64,000 nucleotides of DNA from Octopus sinensis (Eukaryota), in contig NC_043008.1 of the NCBI RefSeq assembly GCF_006345805.1, positions 62,372,001 through 62,436,000 on the forward strand, read 5' to 3'. The notes below the pieces were generated by a model. The model searched no databases. It saw nothing but the letters and a program-made list of their open reading frames with translations, and was not told the origin of the DNA. Shown one piece after another: positions 37,598-51,120 of the stretch (position 1 is the stretch's first letter; each line of letters begins with the position of its first letter). A program made the position numbers and the translations under genes.

Positions 37598-37828
37598 GGC
37601 GGCAAGCTGGCAGAATCGTTAGCATGCTGGGCAAAATGCGTAGCCGTATTTCGTCTGTTGTTACGTTCCGAGTTCAAATTCCGCCGAGGTCGACTTTGCC
37701 TTTCATCCTTTCGGGGTCAATAAATAAAGTACCAGTTACACACTGGGATCGATCTAATCGACTTAATCCCTTTGTTTGTCTTTGTTTGTCCCCTCTATGT
37801 TTAGCCCCTTGTGGGCAATAAAGAAATG
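37598..37828 (+). mobile_element. SINE family A1 with 18-bp TSD
   Basis: TATATTTTATAATGTAAA at 37580-37597 and 37829-37846. Confidence 0.95.
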
Positions 37829-38995
37829 TATATTTTATAATGTAAATATTCAGGTAGTTCTTCTACAGCTAGAAACTTGTTCTGGCCCCTATTTTCATAC
37901 TTTAACCTAACAATCCTTAGTATAAATCTACCTCTTTCTCTACTTTAGTCTCACTCAAGTGAAAAAGATTTTAGTCTTACAAAATACTTGGTGACTTTAT
38001 TATTTCTGCTATCACAGAAAAACTTCCAGTTCATCCTGTAAAGTGGTTAGAAAGGAATAGTCTACCAAAGCAGACATCAAATGCTGGCAATGTAGTCCTT
38101 GAATGTGTTGGATCCTATCAAATGCTTCAGCTCATACCAGCATGGAAAATAAACATTAAAAGATGGTGAAAGGATGATGGCTTCCAAACAACATCAAGCA
38201 CTACTTTGATACCTTTTTATTTAACACGACTAACTTGATATAATCTCTATTATGTGTTAATGCAGCTGACTAGCTATTTTAACATAGCTAGGATACAAGT
38301 ATTTTTTTTCCTGTTAATTTCTACATAATATGGATTTTAAAGTTTTTATTTAGAACATGTAAAAATAAAAATTTAACAAAAATGAAAGAAAAACAAATAA
38401 AATCGAACATGAATAACAAAACAATGAACAAAATAGATGTTCATAAACTGCAAAAATTTAGTATTACATGCCAAAAAAGGGTTAAGAATAAGTTATTCAT
38501 TCCTACCCCCTTTCTAATAACTATTCCCTAACTTATATATAAACCACTAGTTTATTGACAACTACCCCAAATTCTGTGTACAGCCCTAAAATATATGGCA
38601 TCAATAAAATAAAGTGTTATCACAGTCTTTCATCATCCCTGTAATTATCAAAATCAATATTGTTCGTGTATCTTCTTGAACAGAAAACTGTTTGTACTAT
38701 GTTTTAATGCCACATCTAAACCATTCCACAAATTTGCCCTACACATTGAAAGATTCACAAGATAAAACCTCCTACTCAAATCATAACCCCTCTCAATTTA
38801 AAAATAAACAACATTTTCTGTGAGATTTTTTATAGTATATAATTTCTTACTTTCAATATTTTTATTATTAGTATCATGTTATCCATGAGCATGTAGCATG
38901 TAGAGTGTTTTACTCTTGGACATTTTGTTAAGAAAAAAAACAAATTTGAGCATGTTATTCTATATTTATTTTTTTCTTGCATTCACATTTATTTG

Positions 38996-39480
38996 CGTTG
39001 TCATATTGTGTGCCACATCTTCTGGGTGATCGGTAGCCATCTTGTTTTCAGGAGTCACTACAATCTTCTGTTTTGTGGTTCTGCACTCGAGGGGGAGACT
39101 TGTAGTGATGCCATCTTGGAAATCTCTAGCACGCATGCACAGAGTTGGATTCTTCCGGGAGGCCTGCCGGAAGTTCCCTCATGCGCATGTGCAGAAAACT
39201 AGCAGCAGCAAAATTCCCTCTTATCATTCTCTTGAACACTGACAGTTGAACAGGACAGTCATGCTTTAGCAGCTCTCTCAAGCTGCTACCTCGTGGCATA
39301 TCTCTGCTATGCTTGAACGGACAGGATTTGGCTCACCCCACTTGACTACTGTGATAAGCTCCTTGGCTGCCGATTCGCCCAGAGGAAGAATGTATATATT
39401 GCAAATCAAGAAATAAATATTTATACTATTGAAGTTAATCAGAATTCTTGACTCTTTCCTTCAATTAATATTTTATGTAA
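38996..39480. promoter_or_regulatory. GC-richer island: solo LTR or promoter-like motif cluster
   Basis: Two GCCATCTTG (YY1-like), CCGGAAGT and CTTCCGG (ETS-like), TGCGCATGTGCA (NRF1-like), and AATAAA at ~39413. No convincing TSD. Confidence 0.35.
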
Positions 39481-39634
39481 AGGATGCAAGCTGCACCTAT
39501 CCAGTGCGGGGACCTCTCATCCTGTTACAAGCATAAAAGTTATGGAACTTTATAAAACAGCATATATTGTCCAAGTCAGCTAACATCATTATCAATGTCT
39601 TTGGCTCATTTTTCATATATGCATAATGACTATA

Positions 39635-40096
39635 CAGTTGTGACCAAAATGTTCAGAATGGCATTGTTTCCTCAGAAAAGTAGGTATAAGTTTTTATCAA
39701 AGTTGTTTTATGTTCTATAATATTCACAGACAATAAATACGATATTAATTTTTATTTTCTCATGCAGTCGAAGACGTCAAAGTGTGATTGAAGCTAAAGG
39801 GCTTCACACTAAATATCAAATAATTCCAGCATTCTCTGTCATTTTTGATTATTTTGTTATTTTTTCAACCGTTCTGATCATTTTGGCCGCCATGGGTTTT
39901 GCAGTAAATCACTAAATCATCTATAACTTTTGTATTATCCTCTCAAATTACACCAAAATCTTAGACAATAACAATTAATATCGTATTTATTGTCTGTGAA
40001 AATTATAAATTATAGAATATAAAACAACTTTGATAAAAACTTATACCTACTTTTCTGACGAAAACAATGCCATTCTGAACATTTTGGCTGCAACTG
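39635..40096 (+). mobile_element. Tc1-like internally deleted element with ~120-bp TIRs
   Basis: TA-CAGTTG...CAACTG-TA ends; the interior keeps the Tc1 C-terminus ..RRQSVIEAKGLHTKY. Confidence 0.9.
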
Positions 40097-40494
40097 TAAG
40101 CTACTTTTGTAAATGTTACCCCTATCTGCACACAGTAAAATAAGAATAATATTCCCTTTCTATTCCACCAATATACCAAAATATCAGTACACAATAAACA
40201 ACACAAGGGTTTATTGGTGGGAAATATCTGTAAACTCTTTTAATTCGAACATTTTCATTTTGGCCCTGTGCCTTGAAGAAAGCAGTTGATATTTTGAGTT
40301 AATGTTGCTACATGTTCTTCTCTGTTTCTTTTCTCCCTTTTATGCTGTAATTTCTGAAAAGGACCATTTGAGGTGGAAAAATGTCAAAGAAAAAAATTAT
40401 AAATCTCTGTTTTATTAAACCCGCATTGTTATGGCTTTCAAACCTGTTCAGTTTGATCGATACAATGCTTCAAAATAACCTCAAATACCACTTT

Positions 40495-40519
40495 TCTACA
40501 TCTACACACATCTACTCAC

Positions 40520-40550
<31 letters not shown>

Positions 40551-40930
40551 CACACAAATATATATACATACATATATATACATGTATACATATGTATATT
40601 CATATATATGTGTGTGAGTGAGTGTGTAATGCTTGTATGTATATATATACATTTTTATGTATACACATGCCCACATGTATATATATAAATATGTGTATAT
40701 ATACATGCAAACATTACACACATCTACTCACATACAAATATATATATGTATATACACACAAATATTTATACATATATATACATATATACACATATGTATA
40801 TTCATATATATGTGTGTGAGTGAGTGTGTAATGTTTCTATGTATATATACACATATTTATATATACACACATGCAGAAATATGTATGTATAATACAATAA
40901 TGTATAAATATATATACATATATACACACA
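40495..40930. repeat. Tandem duplication (~210 bp x2) of a microsatellite-rich unit
   Basis: acacacatctactcacatac and gtatattcatatatatgtgtgtgagtgagtgtgtaatg each occur twice. Confidence 0.8.
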
Positions 40931-41419
40931 CATGCATGACACAGTCATTCCCCCAGCCCCCAACATATTATTTCATAAGAATTTCTCCAAAACTTTAAAA
41001 GATACATAAAAAAAGAACACAGCAAAGCATTTTTATTTCAAATTCTTTCCTCCCTTCCAATACATTGATCCCATTCATAGATTTCTCCAACACATCTATT
41101 CTATAAATACCCATTTCATATTCTTTGACAAAATACTGATTATTTGGAAAAATGTTTTAAACACTTCAGTACTGATTTCTGTTACTGATCCGCCTGTATG
41201 TTAACAGTAACTTTCCTTTTAATATGTTGAAAGTAATTTTGGTTTTTTCTTTCTTTTTTTTTTTTATTTGGAATATTTCCGTGTTTTTTAATTTCTTTTT
41301 ATCTTATTTATTATTTGTTTTGTTTTGTTTTACCATTTTTATTTTTCACTTCTCTTTTATACGACTTCATTTTTCGTTATGGACATTTATTTCTAATTGT
41401 ATCCTATAACCAAGTATTC

Positions 41420-41850
<431 letters not shown>

Positions 41851-42085
41851 ATATGTATATTGTTTTATTTAACTATTTTTAACCATTGTTTATTACGGTT
41901 TGTTATTAACTTTGTTTTATGATATATATTCATTCTTTCATTCTCTTTCAGTCTCTCTTTCATTTTCTTACATTCCCTTTTTTCTTTTCTTTCATTCTCT
42001 CTCTCTCTCTCTCTTTCATTTTTTTTTTTTTTTTGCTTTTCCCCATTTCATCCTCTGTTCTTTCTTTCTTTCTTTCTTTCTTTCT

Positions 42086-42117
<32 letters not shown>

Positions 42118-42559
42118 TCCTCTCTTTCTGTCTCAATTGCGATTTGAAAATTTGATTATCTTTGCGAAATCATTCAAGGAAACGAAATTTTATTCATTAT
42201 GAAATTCCTTGGCGTCAGGAATATATGAATGCTTCGGAAAAACAAGGATTCCATCCTTTCTCAACGACTGCAATTCTAAATGCTGAGAATTTAAAAAAAA
42301 AACAAAAACAAAAAACAAAACAATAAATATTAAAAAAAAACCCAAAAAGTACCTATAGATGTGCATGTGTAAATATGCATGTGTGTATATGTGCGTGTTT
42401 GTTGTATGTGTGCATGTGTGCTGTGTTTGCATGATGTAACGCAGCACATGCATGTAACAAGGGAAGATGTACTGGGATCCAAGACAATTGGAAATATGCT
42501 GTGTAGCAGATACGTTCGATCTTATCCATACCAACTTGATAAAACAAAGTGATGCTAAA

Positions 42560-43130
42560 AAAGATTGATGATGTTGCTGCTGCTACTGCTACTGCTAATG
42601 CTGCGGCTGATGATGGTGATGATAATGATGATGATGATGATGATGTCGGTGGTGGTAGTGGTGATAGTGGTGGTGGTGGTGGTGGTGGTGGTGGTGGTGA
42701 TGATGATGGTGGTGATGGTGGTGGTGGTGGTGGTGGTGGTGGTGGTGGTAGTGGTGGTGGTGATGGTGGTGATGATGATGATGATGATGGTGGTAGTGGT
42801 GGTGGTGGTGATTGGTGATGATGATGATGATGTTGATGGTGGTGGTGGTGGTGATGGTGGTGATGATGATGATGATGACAGCTGTGGTGGTGATGGTGGT
42901 GGTGGTGATGATGAGTGCAACAATGATCACAGCAATGATGACGGTGATGATTATGAAGATTATAACGATGACGTTGATGATGATGATGATGATGTTGATG
43001 ATGATGATGATAATGGTGGTGGTTGTGATGATGATGATGATAATGATGACAGTTGTGGTGGTGTGTTGGTGGTGGTGATGAGTGCAACAATTATGATGAT
43101 GACTGTGATGAATATGAAGATGATGATGAT
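42560..43130. repeat. (GGT/GAT)n tract
   Basis: Directly visible. Confidence 0.95.
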
Positions 43131-43514
43131 GAAAAAGAGGACGGGTTGGGGTAGAGTTGGATGGTATTTTGAGCTATTGTTTTCTTCGTGTTGCATGTTT
43201 TAAAAATCAGACAAGTTCAGATTTTAGTAATATTGAGATGTAAACCTCTCAGGAGGTTTCTAACAACAACAGCAACAACAACCACTATATAGCATGATTG
43301 TGGCAATACTACACTAAATCATCAAATAATGTCAATCATTAGTCATTTGACTAAATGAAAAAGAATTACTAGCAAGAATAATACACCAAACTCTAATCAT
43401 CAAATATACAATGACGAGCAAAGGGGTCTGCTAGATATAGACCTTAGCAGCTTGAAAAAAGAGGGACAGAAGGCTGTAATACAGGCATTGCCAATGTCAG
43501 GGAAGTAAAGTAAA

Positions 43515-43653
43515 TACAGTTCTATATTTAAGAGATGAGGAATTATGTGCATTATTTACATTATTTATATTATTTACAATTGACGAATATTTGTCCTCAT
43601 CTTCTTTGTTGTTAGCACAACGTTTCGGCTTATATACCCTCCAGCCTTCATCA
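43515..43653 (-). mobile_element. Inverted duplicate of the hammerhead-bearing 3' terminus of the adjacent element
   Basis: Minus strand tgatgaaggctggagggtatataagccgaaacgttgtgctaacaac..., homologous to 43886-43967. Confidence 0.85.
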
Positions 43654-43658
43654 CCACA

Positions 43659-43756
43659 GGCATATGGCATAGTGGTTAAAAGTGTGGGCTACTAATCCCA
43701 AGATTCCGAGTTCGATTCCAGGTCGTGACCTGAATAATAATAACAATAATGATAAT

Positions 43757-43795
<39 letters not shown>

Positions 43796-43967
43796 AATAA
43801 TAATAATAATAATAATGATAACAATAATAACATCGAAAAATACCATAGGAATGTGAACACAGGTTCAAAATTTCCCCAACACACCTGATGAAGGCTGGAG
43901 GGTTTATCAGCCAAAACATGTTAACAACAAACAAGATGAGGACAAATATCCATTAAATGTAAATAAT
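43659..43967 (+). mobile_element. tRNA-headed non-autonomous retroelement with (AAT/AAC)n linker and hammerhead-like Penelope-type 3' terminus
   Basis: A box TGGCATAGTGG (43666-43676), B box GTTCGATTCC (43710-43719), microsatellite 43733-43830, CTGATGA at 43885-43891. Confidence 0.75.
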
Positions 43968-44650
43968 AGGCGTAGGAGTGGCTGTGTGGTAAGTAGGCAT
44001 AAGAGTGGTTGTGTAGTAAGTAGCTTGCTTACAAACCACATGTTTCCTGTTTCAATCCCACTATGTGGCACCTTGGGCAAGTGTCTTCTACTATAGCCTC
44101 GGGCCACCCAAAACCTTGTGAGTGAATTTGGTAGAGAGAAACTGAAAGAAGCTCATCGTATATATGTATATATATTTCTTTACTACCCACAAGGGGCTAA
44201 ACACAGAGGGGACAAACAAGGACAGACAAAGGGATTTAGTCGATTACATCGACCCCAGTGCATAACTAGTACTTAATTTATCGACCCCGAAAGGATGAAA
44301 GGCAAAGTCGACCTCGGCGGAATTTGAACTCAGAACGTAACGACAGACGAAGTACGGCTACGCATTTCGCCCGGCGTGCTAACGTTTCTGCCAGCTCGCT
44401 GCCTTTTAGTATATATGTGTGTGGTTGTGTGTGTGTGTGTGTGTTTGTGTGTCTCTGTTTGTCCCCCTAGCATTGCTTTGCAATCAATGCTGGTGTGTTT
44501 ACGCCCCCATAAAATAGCGGTTTGGAAAAAGGGTCTAATAGAATAAATACTAGGCTTAAAAAGAATAAGTCCTGGGGTCGATTTGCTCGACTAAAGGCTG
44601 TGCTCCAGCATGGCCACAGTCAAATGACTGAAACAAGAAAATGAGTAAAA
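43968..44650 (+). mobile_element. SINE family B interrupted by a minus-strand SINE A1 (44173-44405)
   Basis: The 5' and 3' modules of B are separated by a complete A1 copy in the (TA)n linker. Confidence 0.9.
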
Positions 44651-45688
44651 GAATATAAATAATGTAAATAATGAAATAATTTTCCTTCTCGAGTCAACCT
44701 GACTCTTAAGGGCCAGTTTTCTGGTTTCCATGGCGTATAACTTTCCCACCTGGACAGGATGCCAGTCCATTGCAGGATTACTCATTTTCACCACCTTAGT
44801 GGACCGGAGCAACATGATATGAATAGTTTTGCTCAAGAACACAATAGGTTGCCAGTCCAGGAATTGAAACCACAATTTTACAATCATGAGTCCAACACAC
44901 TAACCACTTAGTCACATGCCTCCAATATGTCTTGGAAGTGCTGTGTCCTAGAAAATGTTATTTTAAGATGGAATTCCTTAACACAAAACATATTTTCTAT
45001 TAACTTCAATGTAACATGGCAGTCCGTGGAAAACGGATTTTCCATTATGGAATTCCAGGTTACAGCAAAATCTTCAGGAACATAGCATTATTACTTGTAT
45101 ATAAGATTTGTGTGTGATAGGGAGTGGCTTAGCAGTTAGGGTATTCAAATCATGATCACAAGGTCGTGAGTTCAATTCCCGTCAATGCACTTTGTCCTTG
45201 AGCAAGATACTTTATTTCATATTGCACCAGTCCACTCAGCTGGCAAAAAAAAGTAGCATCTGTATTTTAAAAGGCTGGCCTTGTCACACATTGTGCCATG
45301 CTGAGTCTCGTTGAGAACTGCATTAAGGGTACATGTGTTTGTGGAGTACACAGTCACAACATCATCATCATCATTTAACATCTGCCTTCCATGCAGGCAT
45401 CGCAACGTTGGGAAAGTGTTTTCTACTATTGCCTCATGCCAACCAAAGCGCTGTGAGGGGATTTAGTAGACAGAAACTGGAAGAAGCCCATCGTATATAT
45501 ATATATATGTGTGTGTGTGTATGTATATGCATAAATGTGTGTGTGTATGTGTGTTTGTCTCTCCTATCATCGGTTGACAATTGATGCTGGTGTGTTTATA
45601 TCACCACAACTTAGCAGTGCTCCAGCATGGCTGCACTCAAATGACTGAAACAAAAGAATAAAAGAATATGTATGAGTATATATATGTT

Positions 45689-46058
45689 GGCACGTAAAAG
45701 CACCATCCGTTCGCGTCCGTTGCCAGCCTCGGCTGGCCCCCGTGCCGGTGACACGTAAAAGCACCGTCTGTTCGTGTCCGTTGCCAGCATCGCCGGCCCC
45801 GTGCCGGTGACACGTAAAAGCACCATCCGTTCGTGGCTGTTCGCCAGCTCTGTCTGGCACCTGTGCAGGTGGCACGTAAAAAACACCCACTACACTCACG
45901 GAGTGGTTGGCGTTAGGAAGGGCATCCAGCCGTAGAAACACTGCCAGATCTGACTGGGCCTGACGAAGCCTTCCAGCTTCACAGACCCCAGTTGACCCGT
46001 TCAACCCATGCTAGCATGGAAAACGGACGCTAAACGATGATGATGATGATGATGATGA
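45689..46058 (+). mobile_element. SINE-like family C copy with ~60-bp 5' tandem units
   Basis: (g/a)cacgtaaaagcacc recurs at 45689, 45750, 45809 and 45871; (GAT)n tail. Confidence 0.9.
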
Positions 46059-46074
46059 TATATATATATATATA

Positions 46075-46159
46075 CTTTATTTAAAAGCAGCAGAAATTCA
46101 ACAAAACCTGTTACTTGGAGTAACAGGTTTTGTTAAATTTCTGCTGCTTTTAAATAAAG
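46075..46159. repeat. Hairpin, 41-bp arms and a 3-nt loop
   Basis: One mismatch; the loop is TGG at 46116-46118. Confidence 0.9.
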
Positions 46160-46230
46160 CATATTACTCTACCCCTGGTATTTGAGTACTCTTTTTTCTG
46201 CCTTCTTTCACATTGATGTGTTTACTCCGG

Positions 46231-46261
<31 letters not shown>

Positions 46262-46311
46262 ATATATATGTATATGTGTGTATATATATATATACATACA
46301 TACATACATAT

Positions 46312-46347
<36 letters not shown>

Positions 46348-47264
46348 CAAGGTGCATGGCTTAGTATTAAGGGTATTTGGCTCCCAATCATAAAGTCACA
46401 TTTTCAATTCCCAGCAACGCATTGTGTCCTTGAGCCAGACACTTTATTTCACATTACTCCAATCCACTACTCCAAAAATGAGTAGTACCCATATTTCAAA
46501 GGGCCAGCCTTGGCATATCCTTTCTCACACTGAATCTCCCTGAGAACAATGTTAAATGTATACATGTCTGTGGAGTACTCAGCTACATGCACGTTAATTT
46601 CAGAAGCAGGCTGTTCTGTTGATTGGCTCAGCTGGAACCCTAGTCCTCATAACTGACAGAATGCCAGCACGCCGGGCGAAATGCGTAGAGTATTTCGTCT
46701 GCTGTAACGTTCTGAGTTCAAATTCCGCCGAGGTCGACTTTGCCTTTCATCCTTTCGGGGTCGATAAATTAAGTACCAGTTATGCACTGGGGTCGATGTA
46801 ATCGTCTTAATCCGTTTGTCTGTCCTTGTTTGTCCCCTCTGTGTTTAGCCCCTTGTGGGTAGTAAAGAAATATATATACATGCACACACTTACACATATA
46901 TCATTTTTTCCTCCTTTCTTTTCAACATTTTTTTTCCTCATCACGTTATTCTGTAACGTTTTTATCAAAAGCTACTTTCCTTTCCTAATGATATCTATTT
47001 CTCCAAGTACTTTTAAATGCATTGTTTAAATATTTACATTTTGTTGACTTTGGCACGAAATAGGTTTCCATATAGACAGACATGTTTAAAATTCAAATTT
47101 TTAAATAAATTTCTATTATTTCTCAAAAAGTCTAGAAGACTGTAACTTGAAGTCTTATTCTAATTCTGTTAGTCGTCTGTAATTTATTGCATTGTAATAC
47201 TGTATTGTTGTGTGTGTACTATATATATATATATATATGTATATATATACACATATGCATATAT

Positions 47265-47299
<35 letters not shown>

Positions 47300-47472
47300 C
47301 ACACTTAGATAGATAGATAGATAGATAGACAGCTAGATAGAAAGATAGATAGATAGATAAACTGACACACACACATGTATATATATATATACATATACAT
47401 ACATACTTACATGCATACATACATACATACATATATATGTATATATATGATATATATGAATATATATAAATA

Positions 47473-47514
<42 letters not shown>

Positions 47515-48703
47515 ATACTTATATATATATATATGTGAGTTACTGATTTATAATCATATAGAGAAGTTATTGCTATTGCATTACGCATTATATACATGTG
47601 GGTATATTTGAGTTGTGCTTGAGTCTATGTATGTGTATATCTGCGTAAAATGTTATATTAAGCTATGTCATTTTATACCGAAAATAAAAATTAAGTTAAC
47701 CTAGACATTCTACCATCATAGATCAATGATTTATATATCAAGGAAGTGGGGTTGATATGAGTAAAACTCTTGAAGGCAATGTCCTAGAAAGAGTATCATC
47801 TCATGATAAAACGATAAATGTAAACAATAAATACATTTAAGAAAGAAGTCGCAAATATCATTGCATACAGACACCATATTTTCAGTAATGGATACGCATA
47901 TATTTAAGCTTTTGATTTATGAAATTTTTTCTTTGTTTTTTTCTTTGTTTTTTTTTTTTTTTTTTGCTTTTTTTGTAAAAATTAGATAGCAAAGTCATAA
48001 ATCACCCGAATAGTCAAACTGAGTCTCATTTACTAAATATATCTTAATTTAATAGGAATCGTTATTATTAAAAAAATAAAAAAATAAAAACAGATACAGC
48101 TAAAGCATTTGTAATAACAGATCAAATCTGACATCAATATATGAAAAATTAATAATGATTTTATTCAAATTTGCTTTCTTTCTTTCTTTGCAGTTGTTTT
48201 ATTTAATCTTTCTTTCTTTTTTAATATATGTGTAAAAGAAACAGGAAGGTTAAGACTAGAAGAGAAAGGAATTAAAAATTGAATTATGAAATGTGTTTGT
48301 ATTTTGCTATATGCAGTGATATTTTTTTTTCAACAGAAGTCTGACATTTTCTTTACACAATCATGACTTTTGTTTATCCATTACCAACCTATATGTATAA
48401 TTTTGACTTTTTTGTTTTCTCTGTGTCAAACTCTGACATGAAGCCCATCAATATTGTTTAGGCTAAACAGTCATAAAAGTTATGATGTAAAATGGTTCAT
48501 CCAAGACACAAGACGAAACTATATAAATGCATAAGTGCATATATATATGTGTGTGTGTGTGTGCATGTGTGCGTGTGTGGGAGTGTACGTATGTGTGTGT
48601 GCGTGTGTGTGTGTGTGTGTGTATGTGTGTGTGTATATCATCATCATTGTCGTCGTCGTTTAACACTCGCTTTACATGGTGGCATGGGTTGGACGGTGTG
48701 ACT

Positions 48704-48937
48704 AAAGGCGGCTAGCTGGCAGAAACGTTAGCACGCCGGGCGAAATGCGTAGCCGTATTTCGTCTGCCGTTACGTTTTCAGTTCAAATTCTGCTGAGGTC
48801 GACTTTACCTTTCATCCTTTTGGGGTCGATAAATTAAGTACCAGTTATGCACTGGGGTCGATGTAATCGACTTGATCCGTTTTTCTGTCCTTGTTTGTCC
48901 CCTCTGTGTTTAGCCCCTTGTGGGTAGTAAAGAAATA
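48704..48937 (+). mobile_element. SINE family A1 inserted into a family C copy
   Basis: TSD GGTGTGACT at 48695-48703 and 48938-48946. Confidence 0.95.
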
Positions 48938-49972
48938 GGTGTGACTGAAGGCTGGTGAGCCAGAAGGCTGCACCAGGCCCCAATCTGATCTGGCAAAGTT
49001 TCTGTGTGTGTTGTGTGTGTGTGTGTGTGTGTTGTGTGTGCGTATGTATGTATCTATGAACATATGTATGTGTGTATTATGTATGTATGTAGGCACCCTT
49101 TCTACACCACTTATTTTTAGTCTTATATATTTATGTATTGAGGTGGTTCAAAGGCTAGGAAGCTAGCTTCCAAATCACCTGGTTCTGGGTACAGTCCCAC
49201 TGTGTAGCACCTTGAGCATGTGTTTCCTACTATAGCCTTGGGCCAACCAAGTGGATTTGGTTGACAGAAACTGAAAGAAGCCTATTGTGTGTGTGTGTAT
49301 TTGTCCCTTACCACTGCTTGACAGCTGGTGTTGGTGTGTTTATGTCCCTGTAACTTGGTGGTTCAGCAAAAAGAGACTGTTAGAATAAGTATTAGGCTTT
49401 AAAATAATGTATTGGGGTCAGTTTGTTTCTTCTGAAGCACTTCTCGATGGTGCCACAGCAAAGGCAAAGTCAAATGACTGAAACAGGTAAAGGATAAAAA
49501 TGCACAAGATATTAATCAAAAGGTGAGAATATATAAACGTTTTATTTCTAAATGGCTCAGGTTACAAAGAAACTGAAGAAAGAGTAAGAGTTTCATGCAT
49601 TGCACTTTTCAGTCTAATGTGCATGTGTGCCTGAATTTATGTGTTCCTCTGGGTGTGTGTGCATGAGAGAGAGAGAGAGAGAGAGAGTGCATGTGTGTGT
49701 GTGTGTGTGTATGTGAGTGTACGTGTGTGGGTCTTTGTCATGTTATGCATGATATTTGTAAAGAAGAGTTGTGCATTTTCAATCTTCTGTGATAAACAAA
49801 TCTGGCCCATTAAGAAATAATTCCTTGTTCAGAATCAAGTCAGGTTTTGTGACAGGAAGAGTATGAAGCAACAGAACATCTGCCTTTAATAAATTCTGTC
49901 TCACCCATGTCAACATGGAAAAGTAGATGATAAAACTACGAGGACGATGATGTTGCTATATCACTTAAACTT

Positions 49973-50151
49973 TTCATCTGTTGCTACGGTCTGAGTTCAA
50001 ATTCCGCCAAGGTCGACTTTGCCTTTCATCCTTTCGAGGTCGATTAAATAAGTACCAGTTATGCACCAGGGTCGATATAATCGACTTAATCCGTTTGTCT
50101 GTCCTTTTTTGTCCCTTCTGTGTTTAGCCCCTTGTGGGTAGTAAAGAAATA
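49973..50151 (+). mobile_element. 5'-truncated SINE family A1
   Basis: TSD TATATCACTTAAACTT at 49957-49972 and 50152-50167; the head is missing. Confidence 0.9.
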
Positions 50152-50474
50152 TATATCACTTAAACTTCATAATTTGATGTCCATTTCCCCATACTTGCCT
50201 GGGTCAATTGGAATTTGTGAAGGCAGATTTTCAACCACCAGATGCTCTTGCTGTTGCCAACTCTAATATGTTTTCAAGCAGGGTAAAATCTCGTCATGGA
50301 CAGACACACTCTTCATGGATGACTGTAAAAAGAACAACACTGGTTGTATGATGGTGTTGCTAGATTAAAAGCAACAAAAATATACACAAGCACATGTAAA
50401 TATGTGTATCTATCTATCTCTTATCTTTATCTCTCTCTTGCACTTTCTCTCTCTCTCTCTCCATATATATATAT

Positions 50475-50517
<43 letters not shown>

Positions 50518-50568
50518 TGGGTGTCAAGTGCATCTTTTTCCTGACTTATGGACTCTTAGATAACTCAC

Positions 50569-50627
<59 letters not shown>

Positions 50628-50634
50628 TATATAT

Positions 50635-50674
<40 letters not shown>

Positions 50675-50720
50675 TATTATATATATATAGTATATATATA
50701 TATATGTATATATGTATGTA

Positions 50721-50762
<42 letters not shown>

Positions 50763-50780
50763 AGTGTGTGTGTATGTATG

Positions 50781-50831
<51 letters not shown>

Positions 50832-51052
50832 GTATGTATTTATATATATGTATATATAGTGGATACTTGGTTAAATTTATTAGTATCACAATGGAAAATT
50901 AATACATACAAGATTCAGGATATATATTTGATAACACAAGTTGGTATCCGGATTGCAATAAATTATCCCTTACAAGGAAATTAAATCTTCACTACCTGAA
51001 TTGCCTGTATATATATGTATTATATATGTATACATACATACATACATATATA

Positions 51053-51120
<68 letters not shown>

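Noticed and set aside
40960-41230. Possible mariner C-terminal relic on the minus strand (..WDQCIG..)
   Set aside because: A single short motif with no supporting catalytic motifs.
43659-43730. tRNA gene (also 6845-6915, 23881-23950 and 24129-24200)
   Set aside because: A and B boxes are present, but there is no complete acceptor stem or T-run terminator, and the sequence continues into SINE bodies.
45689-45890. CRISPR-like repeat/spacer appearance (also 4420-4570 and 32323-32733)
   Set aside because: The intervening segments are homologous to each other, the array is internal to a dispersed SINE-like family, there are no cas genes, and the context is eukaryotic.
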